A stretch of 64,000 nucleotides of DNA, from the NCBI GenBank assembly GCA_025453395.1, contig JALOQK010000005.1, forward strand, positions 12,684-76,683, read 5' to 3'. The position numbers were made by a program, and so were the translations under genes. The notes under the pieces are model-generated. The model saw only the letters and a program-made list of their open reading frames with translations. It made no database searches and had not been told where the DNA came from. Origin of the DNA: Candidatus Omnitrophota bacterium (GTDB taxonomy: Bacteria; Omnitrophota; Gorgyraeia; Gygaellales; Profunditerraquicolaceae). Below are positions 27,485-38,815 of the stretch, one piece after another; within the stretch, counting starts at the first letter, position 1; every line of letters starts with the position of its first letter.

Positions 27485-29071
27485 ATGTTTAAGATCTTAG
27501 TAAGCGATGCATTATCTGAAGAAGGGTTAAAAATATTAAAAGAGGTTAAAGATTTTACTGTTGATGTTAATACCCAGCTTAAGCCCGAAGAGCTTAAAGA
27601 GGCGATTAAGGATTACGACGCGCTTATTGTGCGCAGCGCCACAAAAGTAACAAAAGATGTATTATCCAATGCCGGTAAACTTAAGGTAGTCGGCCGCGCC
27701 GGAGTAGGGTTGGATAATGTGGACCTTGAAGCTGCCACTAGCAAGGGCGTGATTGTAATGAATACTCCCGAAGGAAACACTATTTCTACCGCAGAGCTTA
27801 GCGTAAGCATGATTTTAGCTTTGTCGCGTAATATCCCGCAGGCCAATTCTTCAGTAAAAAAAGGAGAATGGAAGCGTTCTAAATTTATAGGGGCGGAACT
27901 TTACGGCAAAGTCTTAGGCGTGGTCGGGTTTGGCCGCATTGGTTCGGCAGTTGCCAAGAGATGTTTGTCTTTTGGGATGAAGGTTGTGGCCTTTGATCCA
28001 TTTCTTTCTAAAGAAGTTGCCGAAAGCTTAGGTGTTGAAATAGCGGATCTTAATGATTGTTTAGCGAGAGCGGATTTTATTACTGTGCATACGCCTTTGA
28101 CCGAAGATACAAAGCATATGATCTCCACAGCCCAATTCGCCTTGATGAAAAAAGGCGTAAGGGTGGTTAACTGCGCAAGAGGCGGGATTATAGATGAGAA
28201 CGCGCTTGTGGCTGCCTTAAAGGAAGGCAAGGTTGCCGCCGCAGCCTTAGATGTTTTTGAAAAAGAGCCGGTTGCACAAGACCATGAGCTTTTAAAGTTA
28301 GATAATGTGGTAGTTACTCCGCACTTAGGGGCCAATACCGAAGAAGCTCAAGTAAACGTTGCCATAGAGGTTGCCCAGATCGTAAGAGATGCCCTCTTGG
28401 GAAGAGGCATAAGAAACGCTGCTAATTATCCTTGCCTTGAGGCAGAGGTTTGTAAATTCCTTGATCCCTATATTAATTTATGCGAGAAGATAGGGATGTT
28501 CTCGGGCCAGATAGTAGAGGGAAGGTATCAGGAATTAAATATTACTTATGTCGGAGAGATCGCGCAGTATGACCTTAAGCCTTTAACCATGGCGTTGGTT
28601 AAGGGGATTTTGTCTCCGATCATGCAGGAGACGGTTAATTTTATAAATGCCATTAGCCTTGCCAAAGAAAGAGGTATTAAGGTTAAAGAAGGAAAGTCTC
28701 CGGCAGAAGATGAGTTTATTAATTTGGTTAAGATTGAAATCAAGACTGATAAAGAAACGCGTAAGGTTTGCGGAACGCTATCTCCGAATAAAAAACCAAG
28801 GATCGTTAAGATTGATGAGTATTATCTTGAGCTTGCGCCTGTGGGGGAAGTAGTGATGATCCAGAATAATGACGTTCCGGGGATCATCGGTAATTTAGGC
28901 ACGCTTATGGGAAAACACAAAATTAATATCGCGGCGATGACTTTCGGCAGGGAAAAGCCCGGAGGAAAAGCTGTGTCGCTTTTAAATGTGGACAGCCCTA
29001 TCTCGGCGGCGCTGCAAGATGAGATCAGAAAGATTGAGAATATACTTTCAGTAAAACTGATAAGACTATGA
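27485..29071 (+). CDS. serA: D-3-phosphoglycerate dehydrogenase (with ASB and ACT domains)
   Basis: VRSAT, RAGVGLDN, GFGRIG, NCARGG, TPHLGA, ACT motif DVPGIIG. Confidence 0.97.
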   Translation: MFKILVSDALSEEGLKILKEVKDFTVDVNTQLKPEELKEAIKDYDALIVRSATKVTKDVLSNAGKLKVVGRAGVGLDNVDLEAATSKGVIVMNTPEGNTISTAELSVSMILALSRNIPQANSSVKKGEWKRSKFIGAELYGKVLGVVGFGRIGSAVAKRCLSFGMKVVAFDPFLSKEVAESLGVEIADLNDCLARADFITVHTPLTEDTKHMISTAQFALMKKGVRVVNCARGGIIDENALVAALKEGKVAAAALDVFEKEPVAQDHELLKLDNVVVTPHLGANTEEAQVNVAIEVAQIVRDALLGRGIRNAANYPCLEAEVCKFLDPYINLCEKIGMFSGQIVEGRYQELNITYVGEIAQYDLKPLTMALVKGILSPIMQETVNFINAISLAKERGIKVKEGKSPAEDEFINLVKIEIKTDKETRKVCGTLSPNKKPRIVKIDEYYLELAPVGEVVMIQNNDVPGIIGNLGTLMGKHKINIAAMTFGREKPGGKAVSLLNVDSPISAALQDEIRKIENILSVKLIRL

Positions 29072-30867
29072 TGGATTCCAAATTCCAACCACCAAACACC
29101 AAGCGGCCGTTTTGTAAATTGGTGTTTCGGAATTGGTTATTATTTGTAATTTGTAATTTGGTTATTGGTTATTCTCTACTATTCGCCCAGGAAATTACTA
29201 TTATCTATACCGGGCAAACCCACGCCATGCTCTATACCTGTACTTGCCCCGTTGAGACAGACGGAGGAGTTGCCCGCAGGGCGTCTTTGATAAAGCAAAT
29301 AAAGAAAGAGAAGCCCGCGGGAAGTGTTCTTGTGGTAGATTCGGGCAATTTCTTTGCCGCAGGCATATTGGATGAGTTCTCGCAGGACACCGCTCTTAAT
29401 AGCTTGCGCAACGAATATAACCTGAAAGCGCTTCTTGCGATAGGTTATGACGCGCTGTGTTTGGGGGATGATGAGTTCAATTTTGGCGCGGATTATCTTA
29501 AGGAAAAGATCCAGGGTGGCAAGTTTAATTTTGTTTCAAGCAATATATCATTAAAGTCCGCAGCGCCTGAAATACCGGCTTATATCATTAAGCAGGTAAG
29601 CGGCATTAAGGCGGCGATTATCGGATTAACCGCTGAGCAGGCCGCCATAAAATCCGCCGGAAGCATTAATTTTATCCGTCCGGATTTAGCTTTGAGGCAT
29701 GCGATTTTTAAGGCGAAGCAGGAAGGCGCAAATTTTATAGTTGTTTTAAGCAATCTTGCGCACAATCAAAATGTTTCTTTTCTTTCGCAGGTTGACGGGG
29801 TGGATGTTTTAGTCGCCAACGAATCCGCTCGGGATAAGGTTTCCGAGAAGGTTAATAATACGGTAATAGTCTATCCCTCGTGGCAGGGCAGGAAGCTGGG
29901 GGTTTTATCTTTGAAACTTGAAGGCGCCAAGATACAAAATTATCAAGCGGATTTAATCCGCCTTTCGGATAAGGTAGGTGATGACCCGGAAATCACCAAG
30001 ATTATGCCGCGTTGCTTCATGGATATTAATTGCCGCAATAAAAGCGCGATTGGCGTCTGCCAAAATCCATCAGAAATGAAGGCTTCTTGTCAATTCCCTC
30101 AGGCAAGAAAAATAAAATTAACCGTTATTACCCATAAAGATTGCTTAGGATGTGATTATGAGCATTTGCTGAATCTTATCAAGAGAGATTTGCCCGGGGC
30201 GCAGCCGGCATATGTGTATTACCCTGAAGATAGAGCAAAGAAATTAATCAAGGATCTGAAAATTAATTTCCTGCCCGCTTATGTCTTGCCTAAAGATATT
30301 GATAAACAGCCTGGTTTCTCCGGCATAAGCGGTAAGTTGGAAGATAAGGGAAGTTTATATCTTATCAAGCCGGAGTTTTCTGGAGTGGCTATGTACCTTG
30401 ACCGGCCCAAAAAGGATGGCCTGGATCTATTTTTAAGTATTTACGATAAGGCTTCTGCGCAGGTATTAGAAAATTCTATTGGTACTGGCGCAAGGTTGCA
30501 TTTTTTGGCAATACAGAACCAGGCGGGCTTTGACGCGATGCAAGGGAATCTTGAAGTTGAAGAATATTTGCGCGCTGTGTGCGTAGAGAAATATTACCCT
30601 GATCAATATTGGGATTATGTCTTATGCCGCAGCAAGAACCTGAATTCAAGCTGGTGGCAGGATTGCCTGACCGGGGCGGACCAAGAGAAAATACATTCTT
30701 GCGCCACAACCGGCGAAGGCAAAGACCTTCTTTCCCAGAATATAAGCTTGAGTCAACAGCTTAGGATTATGATGGGCCCAGCGTATCTTTTAAATAATCA
30801 GCAAATCTTTTCTTTAAAACAGCCTTTAACCAATAAGCAGTTGAAGGAAATCATTCAGGGCCGCTAG
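29068..30867 (+). CDS. Exported UshA/5'-nucleotidase-like metallophosphoesterase fused to Cys-rich, thioredoxin-like domains
   Basis: TGQTH..CTC..GGVARRA, DSGN, YDALCLGDDEF, GRKLG; C-terminal CLGC and further Cys residues. Confidence 0.7.
   Translation: MMDSKFQPPNTKRPFCKLVFRNWLLFVICNLVIGYSLLFAQEITIIYTGQTHAMLYTCTCPVETDGGVARRASLIKQIKKEKPAGSVLVVDSGNFFAAGILDEFSQDTALNSLRNEYNLKALLAIGYDALCLGDDEFNFGADYLKEKIQGGKFNFVSSNISLKSAAPEIPAYIIKQVSGIKAAIIGLTAEQAAIKSAGSINFIRPDLALRHAIFKAKQEGANFIVVLSNLAHNQNVSFLSQVDGVDVLVANESARDKVSEKVNNTVIVYPSWQGRKLGVLSLKLEGAKIQNYQADLIRLSDKVGDDPEITKIMPRCFMDINCRNKSAIGVCQNPSEMKASCQFPQARKIKLTVITHKDCLGCDYEHLLNLIKRDLPGAQPAYVYYPEDRAKKLIKDLKINFLPAYVLPKDIDKQPGFSGISGKLEDKGSLYLIKPEFSGVAMYLDRPKKDGLDLFLSIYDKASAQVLENSIGTGARLHFLAIQNQAGFDAMQGNLEVEEYLRAVCVEKYYPDQYWDYVLCRSKNLNSSWWQDCLTGADQEKIHSCATTGEGKDLLSQNISLSQQLRIMMGPAYLLNNQQIFSLKQPLTNKQLKEIIQGR
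29076..29173. repeat. Two-armed family A element inside the 5' coding region
   Basis: caaattc caaccac caaacac caag ... aaattg gtgtttc ggaattg gttattatttg taatttg taatttg gttattg gttatt. Confidence 0.85.
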
Positions 30868-30891
30868 TTTTTAGCAAAAGGGGGTATCGTT

Positions 30892-32127
30892 ATGGAAAAA
30901 AGAAAAATATATCTTGTGGATGTGACAAATCGTGACGGGGTGCAGACTTCAAGGATTTGTTTATCTAAATTACAGAAGACAATGATCAATATTTATTTAA
31001 ATCAGATGGGGGTTTTTCAGTCGGAATTCGGGTTCCCCATGACCCGCCATGAAACAAATTACTTAAACGCTAATTTAGAATTGGCGCAGGCAGGTGAATT
31101 GTCTCCCATCAGGCTTGGGGGCTGGATCCGGGCCACGCGCGAAGATGTCTCAACGGCTTTTAAACTTTTGCCTAAGATCAAACACCTGAATCTTTCAATT
31201 TCAACTTCTGACCAGATGATCGTGCATAAATTTAAAGGCAAGTTGGATCACGCCTCTATAATCAATGAAATGACTGAGGCTGTGCATTTGGCGCGCCAAG
31301 CCGGCGCAGAAAGCATTGGAGTTAACGCGGAAGATGCCTCGCGCACGCGCATTGAGTATCTGAAGGAATTTTCACTTGCCGCAAAGAAATCCGGCGCGGA
31401 CCGCATTCGTTATTGCGATACCCTTGGATGCGATACGCCATTTTCCATCTATGATAGGATTAAGGATTTAGCTGAAGCGGTAAAGCTTCCTATAGAAGTG
31501 CATTGCCATAATGATTTGGGTTTGGTGGTAGCAAATTCCATTGCCGGAGCAAAGGCAGCCAATGATGCCGGATGTGACGCGTATATCAATACTTGCGTGA
31601 ATGGCATGGGCGAGCGCGCGGGTAACGCAGATCTGGTATCGGTAATTTTGGCGGTTAAGTATGGCCATGGCATGCAGGATTATTGTTTGGATGAAAGAAT
31701 AAACCTGAAGATGGCATGGAAGACCTGCACCTATGCTTCTTATGCTTTTGGCGTTGCTATACCCATAAATCAGCCCGGCATAGGAGCGAATGCCTTTGCC
31801 CATGAGTCTGGTATTCACGCCGACGGAGCTTTAAAAGACAGGCGCAATTATGAGCTGTATGATTTTGAAGAGTTAGGAAGAGGCGAACCGGAAATCATTG
31901 AAACCGGCAGGAAAATTACCGCCGGTGAATATTCCGGGATAAAAGGATTCCGCAATGTTTATGAAAAGCTTGAAGTTGAGTTTAAGGATGATGCCGAGGC
32001 GACAAAGATTTTGGAGTTAGTCCGTTACGCTAATGTGCATAATCAGAAACCTTTAGTTGACTCAGAGCTGCAGTTTATTGCCAAATATCCGGATATCGCA
32101 CGTAAGATTTTTACTATGAATCCGTGA
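30892..32127 (+). CDS. DRE-TIM metallolyase, homocitrate/Re-citrate synthase-like
   Basis: DVTNRDGVQT, NAEDASR, HCHNDLG, GMGERAGN, AHESGIH; no LeuA regulatory domain. Confidence 0.85.
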   Translation: MEKRKIYLVDVTNRDGVQTSRICLSKLQKTMINIYLNQMGVFQSEFGFPMTRHETNYLNANLELAQAGELSPIRLGGWIRATREDVSTAFKLLPKIKHLNLSISTSDQMIVHKFKGKLDHASIINEMTEAVHLARQAGAESIGVNAEDASRTRIEYLKEFSLAAKKSGADRIRYCDTLGCDTPFSIYDRIKDLAEAVKLPIEVHCHNDLGLVVANSIAGAKAANDAGCDAYINTCVNGMGERAGNADLVSVILAVKYGHGMQDYCLDERINLKMAWKTCTYASYAFGVAIPINQPGIGANAFAHESGIHADGALKDRRNYELYDFEELGRGEPEIIETGRKITAGEYSGIKGFRNVYEKLEVEFKDDAEATKILELVRYANVHNQKPLVDSELQFIAKYPDIARKIFTMNP

Positions 32128-32140
32128 AGAAAGTGGATAG

Positions 32141-33412
<1,272 letters not shown>

Positions 33413-33444
33413 AATAAAACAGGCAGTTGTTACTTGAAAAAACC

Positions 33445-33473
33445 TTGACTAAAACCCCTGGGCGTGTTATAGT
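33445..33473 (+). promoter_or_regulatory. Sigma70 promoter
   Basis: TTGACT-17 nt-TATAGT with TG extension. Confidence 0.7.
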
Positions 33474-33522
33474 TAAATTCCATTCAAAATTCCTAAAAAA
33501 GTAAATAGGAGGGTAGGTTAAA

Positions 33523-34173
33523 ATGAAAAAAACAATCACTAAATTATTAGTTATATTGCTGTCTGCGTCTTTTATTTCCGGATGTACTTTTATTTTTCAG
33601 GTGGGCAGGCGTTCTGACAGCGAGAAAATTGATAAATTGTCAAAGCAGGTTGATCAGCTAAGCAAGGTTAAAAGCCTTTTGGAGCAGAGATTGGCTCAGG
33701 AAATACAGGATAAGCAGGTTAGCTTAAAGATGAGTGAACGCGGCCTTGTGATTACTTTCCTGGCGGATATACTCTTTGATTCTGGTAAAAATCAGATTAA
33801 AACCGATGCCTATCCTATTCTTAATAAAGTAGCGCGGATTTTACAGGAAAATGTGCCGGACCTTAAAGTGGGCATTGAAGGCCATACCGATAATGTGCCG
33901 ATTAAGTTTTCGGGCTGGAAATCAAATTGGGAGCTTTCAACAGCCAGGGGCTTAAGTGTTTTGCATTATCTGGTTGATGAAAAGGGCGTTTCTCCGGAAC
34001 GCATTTCCGCGATAGGCTACGGCGAACACAGCCCGGTAAGCTCTAATTCAAGCGCTGAAGGAAGAAAACTTAACCGCAGGGTGGAAGTGGTTATTTATCC
34101 TAAAGTGACCAAGGTGCGCGGTGAACAAAATCCCGAAGAAAAAGCTTATGTGCCGTCCGGGAAAATTAAATAA
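33523..34173 (+). CDS. OmpA/MotB-family peptidoglycan-binding lipoprotein
   Basis: Lipobox ISGC, LFDSG, IEGHTD, NWELSTAR, NRRVE. Confidence 0.9.
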   Translation: MKKTITKLLVILLSASFISGCTFIFQVGRRSDSEKIDKLSKQVDQLSKVKSLLEQRLAQEIQDKQVSLKMSERGLVITFLADILFDSGKNQIKTDAYPILNKVARILQENVPDLKVGIEGHTDNVPIKFSGWKSNWELSTARGLSVLHYLVDEKGVSPERISAIGYGEHSPVSSNSSAEGRKLNRRVEVVIYPKVTKVRGEQNPEEKAYVPSGKIK

Positions 34174-34181
34174 AAGATAAA

Positions 34182-34592
34182 ATGGCAGGTAATCTTCCCT
34201 CTATTTTTAAGAATCGCATAGCGGTTATTTTAGGTTTGATATGCTGTATCCTTGTTGTTATTACGGTTAATTCATGCCTGGAAGTATCTAAGCATAGAAA
34301 TGCCCGTCAGCAGGAAATGGCAGTGCGTTTAGACGCGGAAGAAAATCTAAACAAGATTACTAAAGATAAAACAGCCTGTCAGCTTAAGGCATCTGAAATT
34401 AGCAAGCAGCTAGAAGAGCAAAAAAGCGCCTTTGAATCAAATAAAAAAGCCTTGGTGCAAGAACAGTTGATCAATCAAAGCCTTAAGGAAGAGCTGGCTA
34501 AGGTTACCAGGGTCAAGGAAGCCTTGGAGCAGGAGCTTAAAGATGCGCTTACCCAAGCAAGTAAGGCTGTTGAGCAAAAGAGCACTAAATGA
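34182..34592 (+). CDS. Hypothetical membrane-anchored coiled-coil protein
   Basis: N-terminal hydrophobic helix followed by an E/K/Q-rich heptad region. Confidence 0.75.
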   Translation: MAGNLPSIFKNRIAVILGLICCILVVITVNSCLEVSKHRNARQQEMAVRLDAEENLNKITKDKTACQLKASEISKQLEEQKSAFESNKKALVQEQLINQSLKEELAKVTRVKEALEQELKDALTQASKAVEQKSTK

Positions 34593-34625
34593 AGTAAACA
34601 ATAGAGGGAGTAAGGCCTTTTCATC

Positions 34626-34649
34626 AAGGGGATAGAAATCCCCTTTTTT
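34626..34649 (+). terminator. Intrinsic terminator
   Basis: AAGGGGAT-AGAA-ATCCCCTT followed by TTTT. Confidence 0.7.
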
Positions 34650-34669
34650 ATTCCCTAAGGAGGGTTGTT

Positions 34670-35722
34670 ATGGCGATTCTTAAAAAGATCCGGGATAAGA
34701 TTAAAGGAGTAATCACCAAGACCAGGGATAGCAAGTTAATAAAGAGTATTCCCGCCAGGTTTAAAGCAAAATCTTTATTGAAGAAAAAAGAACCCGTGCA
34801 GGATCCCAAGAGAGAGGTGATGGGCTCTCATGAGACTTTAGTCGGCCAGGCTAAGTTTTACAGCCCTCAAGCAAAAGCTCAAACTGCGCGTTTCGTGAAA
34901 GATCTGCCCGCAGGTTACGGCAATGTGCGCATTGTGGCTATGGTGCGTGATCCTTGGTGGATACATACATACTGGGAGATTACCCAGGATACTTGGGATA
35001 ACCTTAAGTCGCGTTTAAAAGAGAATTTTTCCTCGGCTAAATTAGTCTTACGGGTCTATGATGTGACCAATGTCATGTTTAACGGCAGAAATGCCCATAG
35101 ATTCTTTGACGTGGAATTAGGTTACGGGGCTAATAGCTGGTATATAGATACCGGTGGCCCGGGAAGGGCTTGGTGCGTGGATATTGGATTAAGGCTGGCT
35201 AATGGAGAGTTTATCCTTATCGCGCGCTCCAATGTTGTTTCTACCCCTCTTGACGGGCCGTCATGGATCACTGATGAAGAATGGATGATCCCTGAAGAAA
35301 TGTTTGCCCGGCTTTATGGCATGGGTTTTGGTTTTGGAAGAAGCTCCCCACTTGGAAAAGCCTGGCAGGAAAGAATGCGAAGGGCCCTTTTTTCTGGAAT
35401 CCTGGCTTCTCCGGGCATGGCTTCTATGGCAAGCCCGGTTAAGAAACAGGCCCCTAAACAGAGAAAATTCTGGATGTGGGTGAATACTGAATTAATTGTC
35501 TATGGCGCTACAGAGCCGGATGCCAAGGTTACTGTGCAGGGGAAAACGATTACCTTGCGTCCCGACGGGACTTTTAGCTTGAGGTTTGCTCTGCCCGACG
35601 GTAAACAGGTAATACCGGTAGAAGCAACTTCTTCCGATGAAATTGATACTATTACCATTACGCCGATTGTGGAAAAAGACACAAAACATAACTCTGTGAC
35701 ACGACAGACAACGGGGGCTTAA
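34670..35722 (+). CDS. DUF4912 domain protein
   Basis: LPAGYG..MVRDPWWIHTYWE, LRVYDVT, ARSN, C-terminal ELIVYGATEPDA..DGTFSLRF; coupled to GH57. Confidence 0.85.
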   Translation: MAILKKIRDKIKGVITKTRDSKLIKSIPARFKAKSLLKKKEPVQDPKREVMGSHETLVGQAKFYSPQAKAQTARFVKDLPAGYGNVRIVAMVRDPWWIHTYWEITQDTWDNLKSRLKENFSSAKLVLRVYDVTNVMFNGRNAHRFFDVELGYGANSWYIDTGGPGRAWCVDIGLRLANGEFILIARSNVVSTPLDGPSWITDEEWMIPEEMFARLYGMGFGFGRSSPLGKAWQERMRRALFSGILASPGMASMASPVKKQAPKQRKFWMWVNTELIVYGATEPDAKVTVQGKTITLRPDGTFSLRFALPDGKQVIPVEATSSDEIDTITITPIVEKDTKHNSVTRQTTGA

Positions 35723-37302
35723 TGAATAAGGGATATCTATGCATAGTGCTGCATAGCCATTTGCCTTTTGTCAGGCATCCTGAACATGAGGATTTCTTAG
35801 AGGAAGATTGGCTGTACGAGGCAATTACTGAAACATATACTCCGCTTATTCATATGTTTGAAGGCCTGGACAGGGATGGCGTGGATTTCCGTTTGACCAT
35901 GTCGCTTACTCCGACGCTGATCTCCATGCTTTCGGACTCACTTTTACAGGACAGGTATCTTAAACACATAAATAGATTAATTGAGCTGGCGCATAAAGAA
36001 GTTGAGCGCACGCGTTGGCAGCCGGAATTTCAGAGTTTGGCTACCATGTATTTAAACACATTTTGTAATTCCCGGGATACTTTCAACCGCTATGGAAAGA
36101 ATTTAGTAAATGCCTTTAAGCGTTTTCAGGATTTAGGCAAGCTTGAGATCATTACCTGCGGCGCCACCCACGGTTATTTTCCGCTTATGGAACCATGCCG
36201 GGAATCTGTCAGGGCGCAGATTAAAGTAGCGGTTGCGCATTATGAAAACGCCCTTGGCCGGCGGCCAAACGGGATTTGGCTTCCGGAATGCGGTTTTATG
36301 CCCGGGCACGACGAGATATTAAAAGAGGCAGGGATCAAATATTTCTTTTCCGACGCGCATGGCGTTTTGCATGGCAGCCCTCGTCCTAAGTATGGGGTTT
36401 TTGCGCCTGTCTATTGCAAGTCCGGCATTGCCTGTTTTGCCAGAGACCTTGAATCCTCAAAGCAGGTTTGGTCTTCAATTGAGGGCTATCCCGGTGATTA
36501 TGATTACCGCGAATTCTATCGTGATATAGGTTTTGATCTGGAGCACGACTATATCAAGCCCTATATCCATCCCGACGGGATACGCATCAATACCGGTATA
36601 AAATATTATCGTATTACCGGAAGCGATGATAAAAAGCCGTACAATCCGCTTGCTGCCAGAGAAAAGGCCGCCCAGCATGCCGGAAATTTCATGTTTAACC
36701 GTGAAAAGCAGGTGGAATATCTTTATGATTTTATGCAAAAAAAGCCGATGATCGTTTCTCCGTATGACGCGGAACTCTACGGGCATTGGTGGTATGAGGG
36801 GCCGATGTGGCTTGACTTCTTGATCCGCAAGATTCATTTTGACCAGAAAACTATAAAGATGACCACCCCCACAGAGTATCTTATGGAAAATCCGCGCAAT
36901 CAGGTAGTTACTCCTTCTATGTCAAGCTGGGGTTGGAAAGGTTATAGTGAGATGTGGCTTCAGGGCTCTAATGACTGGGTCTACCGGCATCTGCACGCGG
37001 CATCAAACAGGATGACAGAATTAGCCAAAGAATATTCTTCTTCTAATCCAAACGGTACTTTGCGCCGCAGCCTCAATCAAGCTTTAAGAGAGCTTCTTTT
37101 GGCTCAGAGTTCTGACTGGGCTTTTATCCTTGGCACAGGCACGCACACTTCTTACGCTATTAACCGGACAAAGGAGCATCTCCTGCGTTTCAATACGCTG
37201 TATGAGCAGATCAAGTCCAGCTGTATTGATGAGGCGTATTTAGCGGATATAGAATATAAGGATAATATATTCCCCGCGATAGATTATCGGGTCCACCAAT
37301 AA
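35722..37302 (+). CDS. GH57 1,4-alpha-glucan branching enzyme
   Basis: HSHLPFV, WLYEAITETY, WLPEC, DAELYGHWW, AQSSDWAF. Confidence 0.93.
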   Translation: MNKGYLCIVLHSHLPFVRHPEHEDFLEEDWLYEAITETYTPLIHMFEGLDRDGVDFRLTMSLTPTLISMLSDSLLQDRYLKHINRLIELAHKEVERTRWQPEFQSLATMYLNTFCNSRDTFNRYGKNLVNAFKRFQDLGKLEIITCGATHGYFPLMEPCRESVRAQIKVAVAHYENALGRRPNGIWLPECGFMPGHDEILKEAGIKYFFSDAHGVLHGSPRPKYGVFAPVYCKSGIACFARDLESSKQVWSSIEGYPGDYDYREFYRDIGFDLEHDYIKPYIHPDGIRINTGIKYYRITGSDDKKPYNPLAAREKAAQHAGNFMFNREKQVEYLYDFMQKKPMIVSPYDAELYGHWWYEGPMWLDFLIRKIHFDQKTIKMTTPTEYLMENPRNQVVTPSMSSWGWKGYSEMWLQGSNDWVYRHLHAASNRMTELAKEYSSSNPNGTLRRSLNQALRELLLAQSSDWAFILGTGTHTSYAINRTKEHLLRFNTLYEQIKSSCIDEAYLADIEYKDNIFPAIDYRVHQ

Positions 37303-37314
37303 ATATAAATAGAA

Positions 37315-38034
37315 ATGGCAGATAAAAATATCGTTCCAAGGCACGTGGCCATTATTATGGACGGTAACGGCAGGTGGGCCAAACTTAAAGGCCTGCCGCG
37401 CTCTGCTGGCCATCGGGAAGGCGCTTTGCGCGTGCGTGAGATAACGCGTTTTGCCGCAGAGCAGGGGGTAAGATTTTTGACTTTGTTCGCGTTCTCCACG
37501 GAGAACTGGAACCGGCCCAAGAACGAAGTGAACATGCTGATGCGCTTCTTGACCCAATTCTTGAAAGGCCAATCCAAAGAACTTAAAAAGAATAACATCC
37601 GGTTTTTGACTATCGGGGAAAAGCATCCCTTGCCGGATTTTGTTTTGCAAGAAATAGAGCGCGTTAAAGAGCAAACTTGTGATAATACCGGGCTTGTTTT
37701 GGTATTAGCGCTTAATTACGGCTCGCGTCAGGAAATAATAGAGGCATGCCGTAAGATATCTGCTTCTGTTTCAGAGGGGAAGCTTTTTTTGAAACAAATA
37801 GATGAAAAGGTTTTCTCAAAAGCGCTTTTTACAGATGGCATCCCGGATCCGGATCTGTTAATAAGAACAAGCGGTGAGATGCGCATAAGTAATTTTCTTC
37901 TCTGGCAGCTTTCTTACGCGGAACTCTATTTTCCTAAGAAATACTGGCCGGATTTTAGGCAAGAGGATTTTAAGAAGGCAATATCTGTTTACGCTAAAAG
38001 AGAAAGGCGTTTCGGTAAAGTAGATGTTTATTAA
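37315..38034 (+). CDS. uppS: Undecaprenyl diphosphate synthase
   Basis: IMDGNGRWA, FSTENW, RTSGEMRISNF. Confidence 0.97.
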   Translation: MADKNIVPRHVAIIMDGNGRWAKLKGLPRSAGHREGALRVREITRFAAEQGVRFLTLFAFSTENWNRPKNEVNMLMRFLTQFLKGQSKELKKNNIRFLTIGEKHPLPDFVLQEIERVKEQTCDNTGLVLVLALNYGSRQEIIEACRKISASVSEGKLFLKQIDEKVFSKALFTDGIPDPDLLIRTSGEMRISNFLLWQLSYAELYFPKKYWPDFRQEDFKKAISVYAKRERRFGKVDVY

Positions 38035-38815
38035 AAGGCTTTTGAGCACTATTATTCTGGTGTCCATTATTGTTGTGGCTGTGCGCATAGACTGGCTTTG
38101 CGCGTTTGCGGTTTGCGGATTTATTGCGGTAGGGCTTTATGAATTCTTTACCATGCTTGAGAAAAAAGGCATTAATATCTATAAATATTTTGGCATTGGT
38201 ATGGGGCTTATTATCCCGGTGTCAATTGCTATACATTTTGAGCTTACTAAGAAATGGGAACTTCTTTTTATCGTGCTTGCCTTGCTGCTTTTAATCGTAA
38301 TGCAATTCAGGCGCAGGCAGAATCAAGGGGTAATCGTAGGCATATCCACTACTATATTCGGGATTATTTATGTGGCATGGTTCTTTTCATTTATGATTAA
38401 GATCCGTTATCTTGACGGGGGGATGGGGTTCTTAGCCGCCTTGTTGTTGATTACTAAGCTTGGGGATATCGGGGCATATTTAATAGGAAGCCGTTTTGGA
38501 AAAACCCCGCTTATGCCGCGGGTAAGCCCCAAGAAATCAGTAGAGGGGGCTGTTGCAAGCTTGGTTTTCAGTATAATTGGAGCTTTGGTCAGCAGGCCTT
38601 TTTTGGGGTTTGATTATATACATCTTGCGTTGTTAGGGGCTTCTCTTTCAGTGTTGGGGCAGTTGGGGGATTTGTCGGAATCCCTGATGAAGCGCGATTG
38701 TCAGGTAAAAGATTCAGGCAATATTATCCCGGGCATGGGAGGCGTATTGGATGAAATAGACAGCCTGCTTTTTACCGCTCCGGTATTTTATTTTTATTTA
38801 AGCGTAACCCTATGA
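38024..38815 (+). CDS. cdsA: Phosphatidate cytidylyltransferase
   Basis: DIGAY, SPKKSVEG, GDLSESLMKR..KDSG..PGMGG.LD. Confidence 0.96.
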   Translation: MFIKRLLSTIILVSIIVVAVRIDWLCAFAVCGFIAVGLYEFFTMLEKKGINIYKYFGIGMGLIIPVSIAIHFELTKKWELLFIVLALLLLIVMQFRRRQNQGVIVGISTTIFGIIYVAWFFSFMIKIRYLDGGMGFLAALLLITKLGDIGAYLIGSRFGKTPLMPRVSPKKSVEGAVASLVFSIIGALVSRPFLGFDYIHLALLGASLSVLGQLGDLSESLMKRDCQVKDSGNIIPGMGGVLDEIDSLLFTAPVFYFYLSVTL

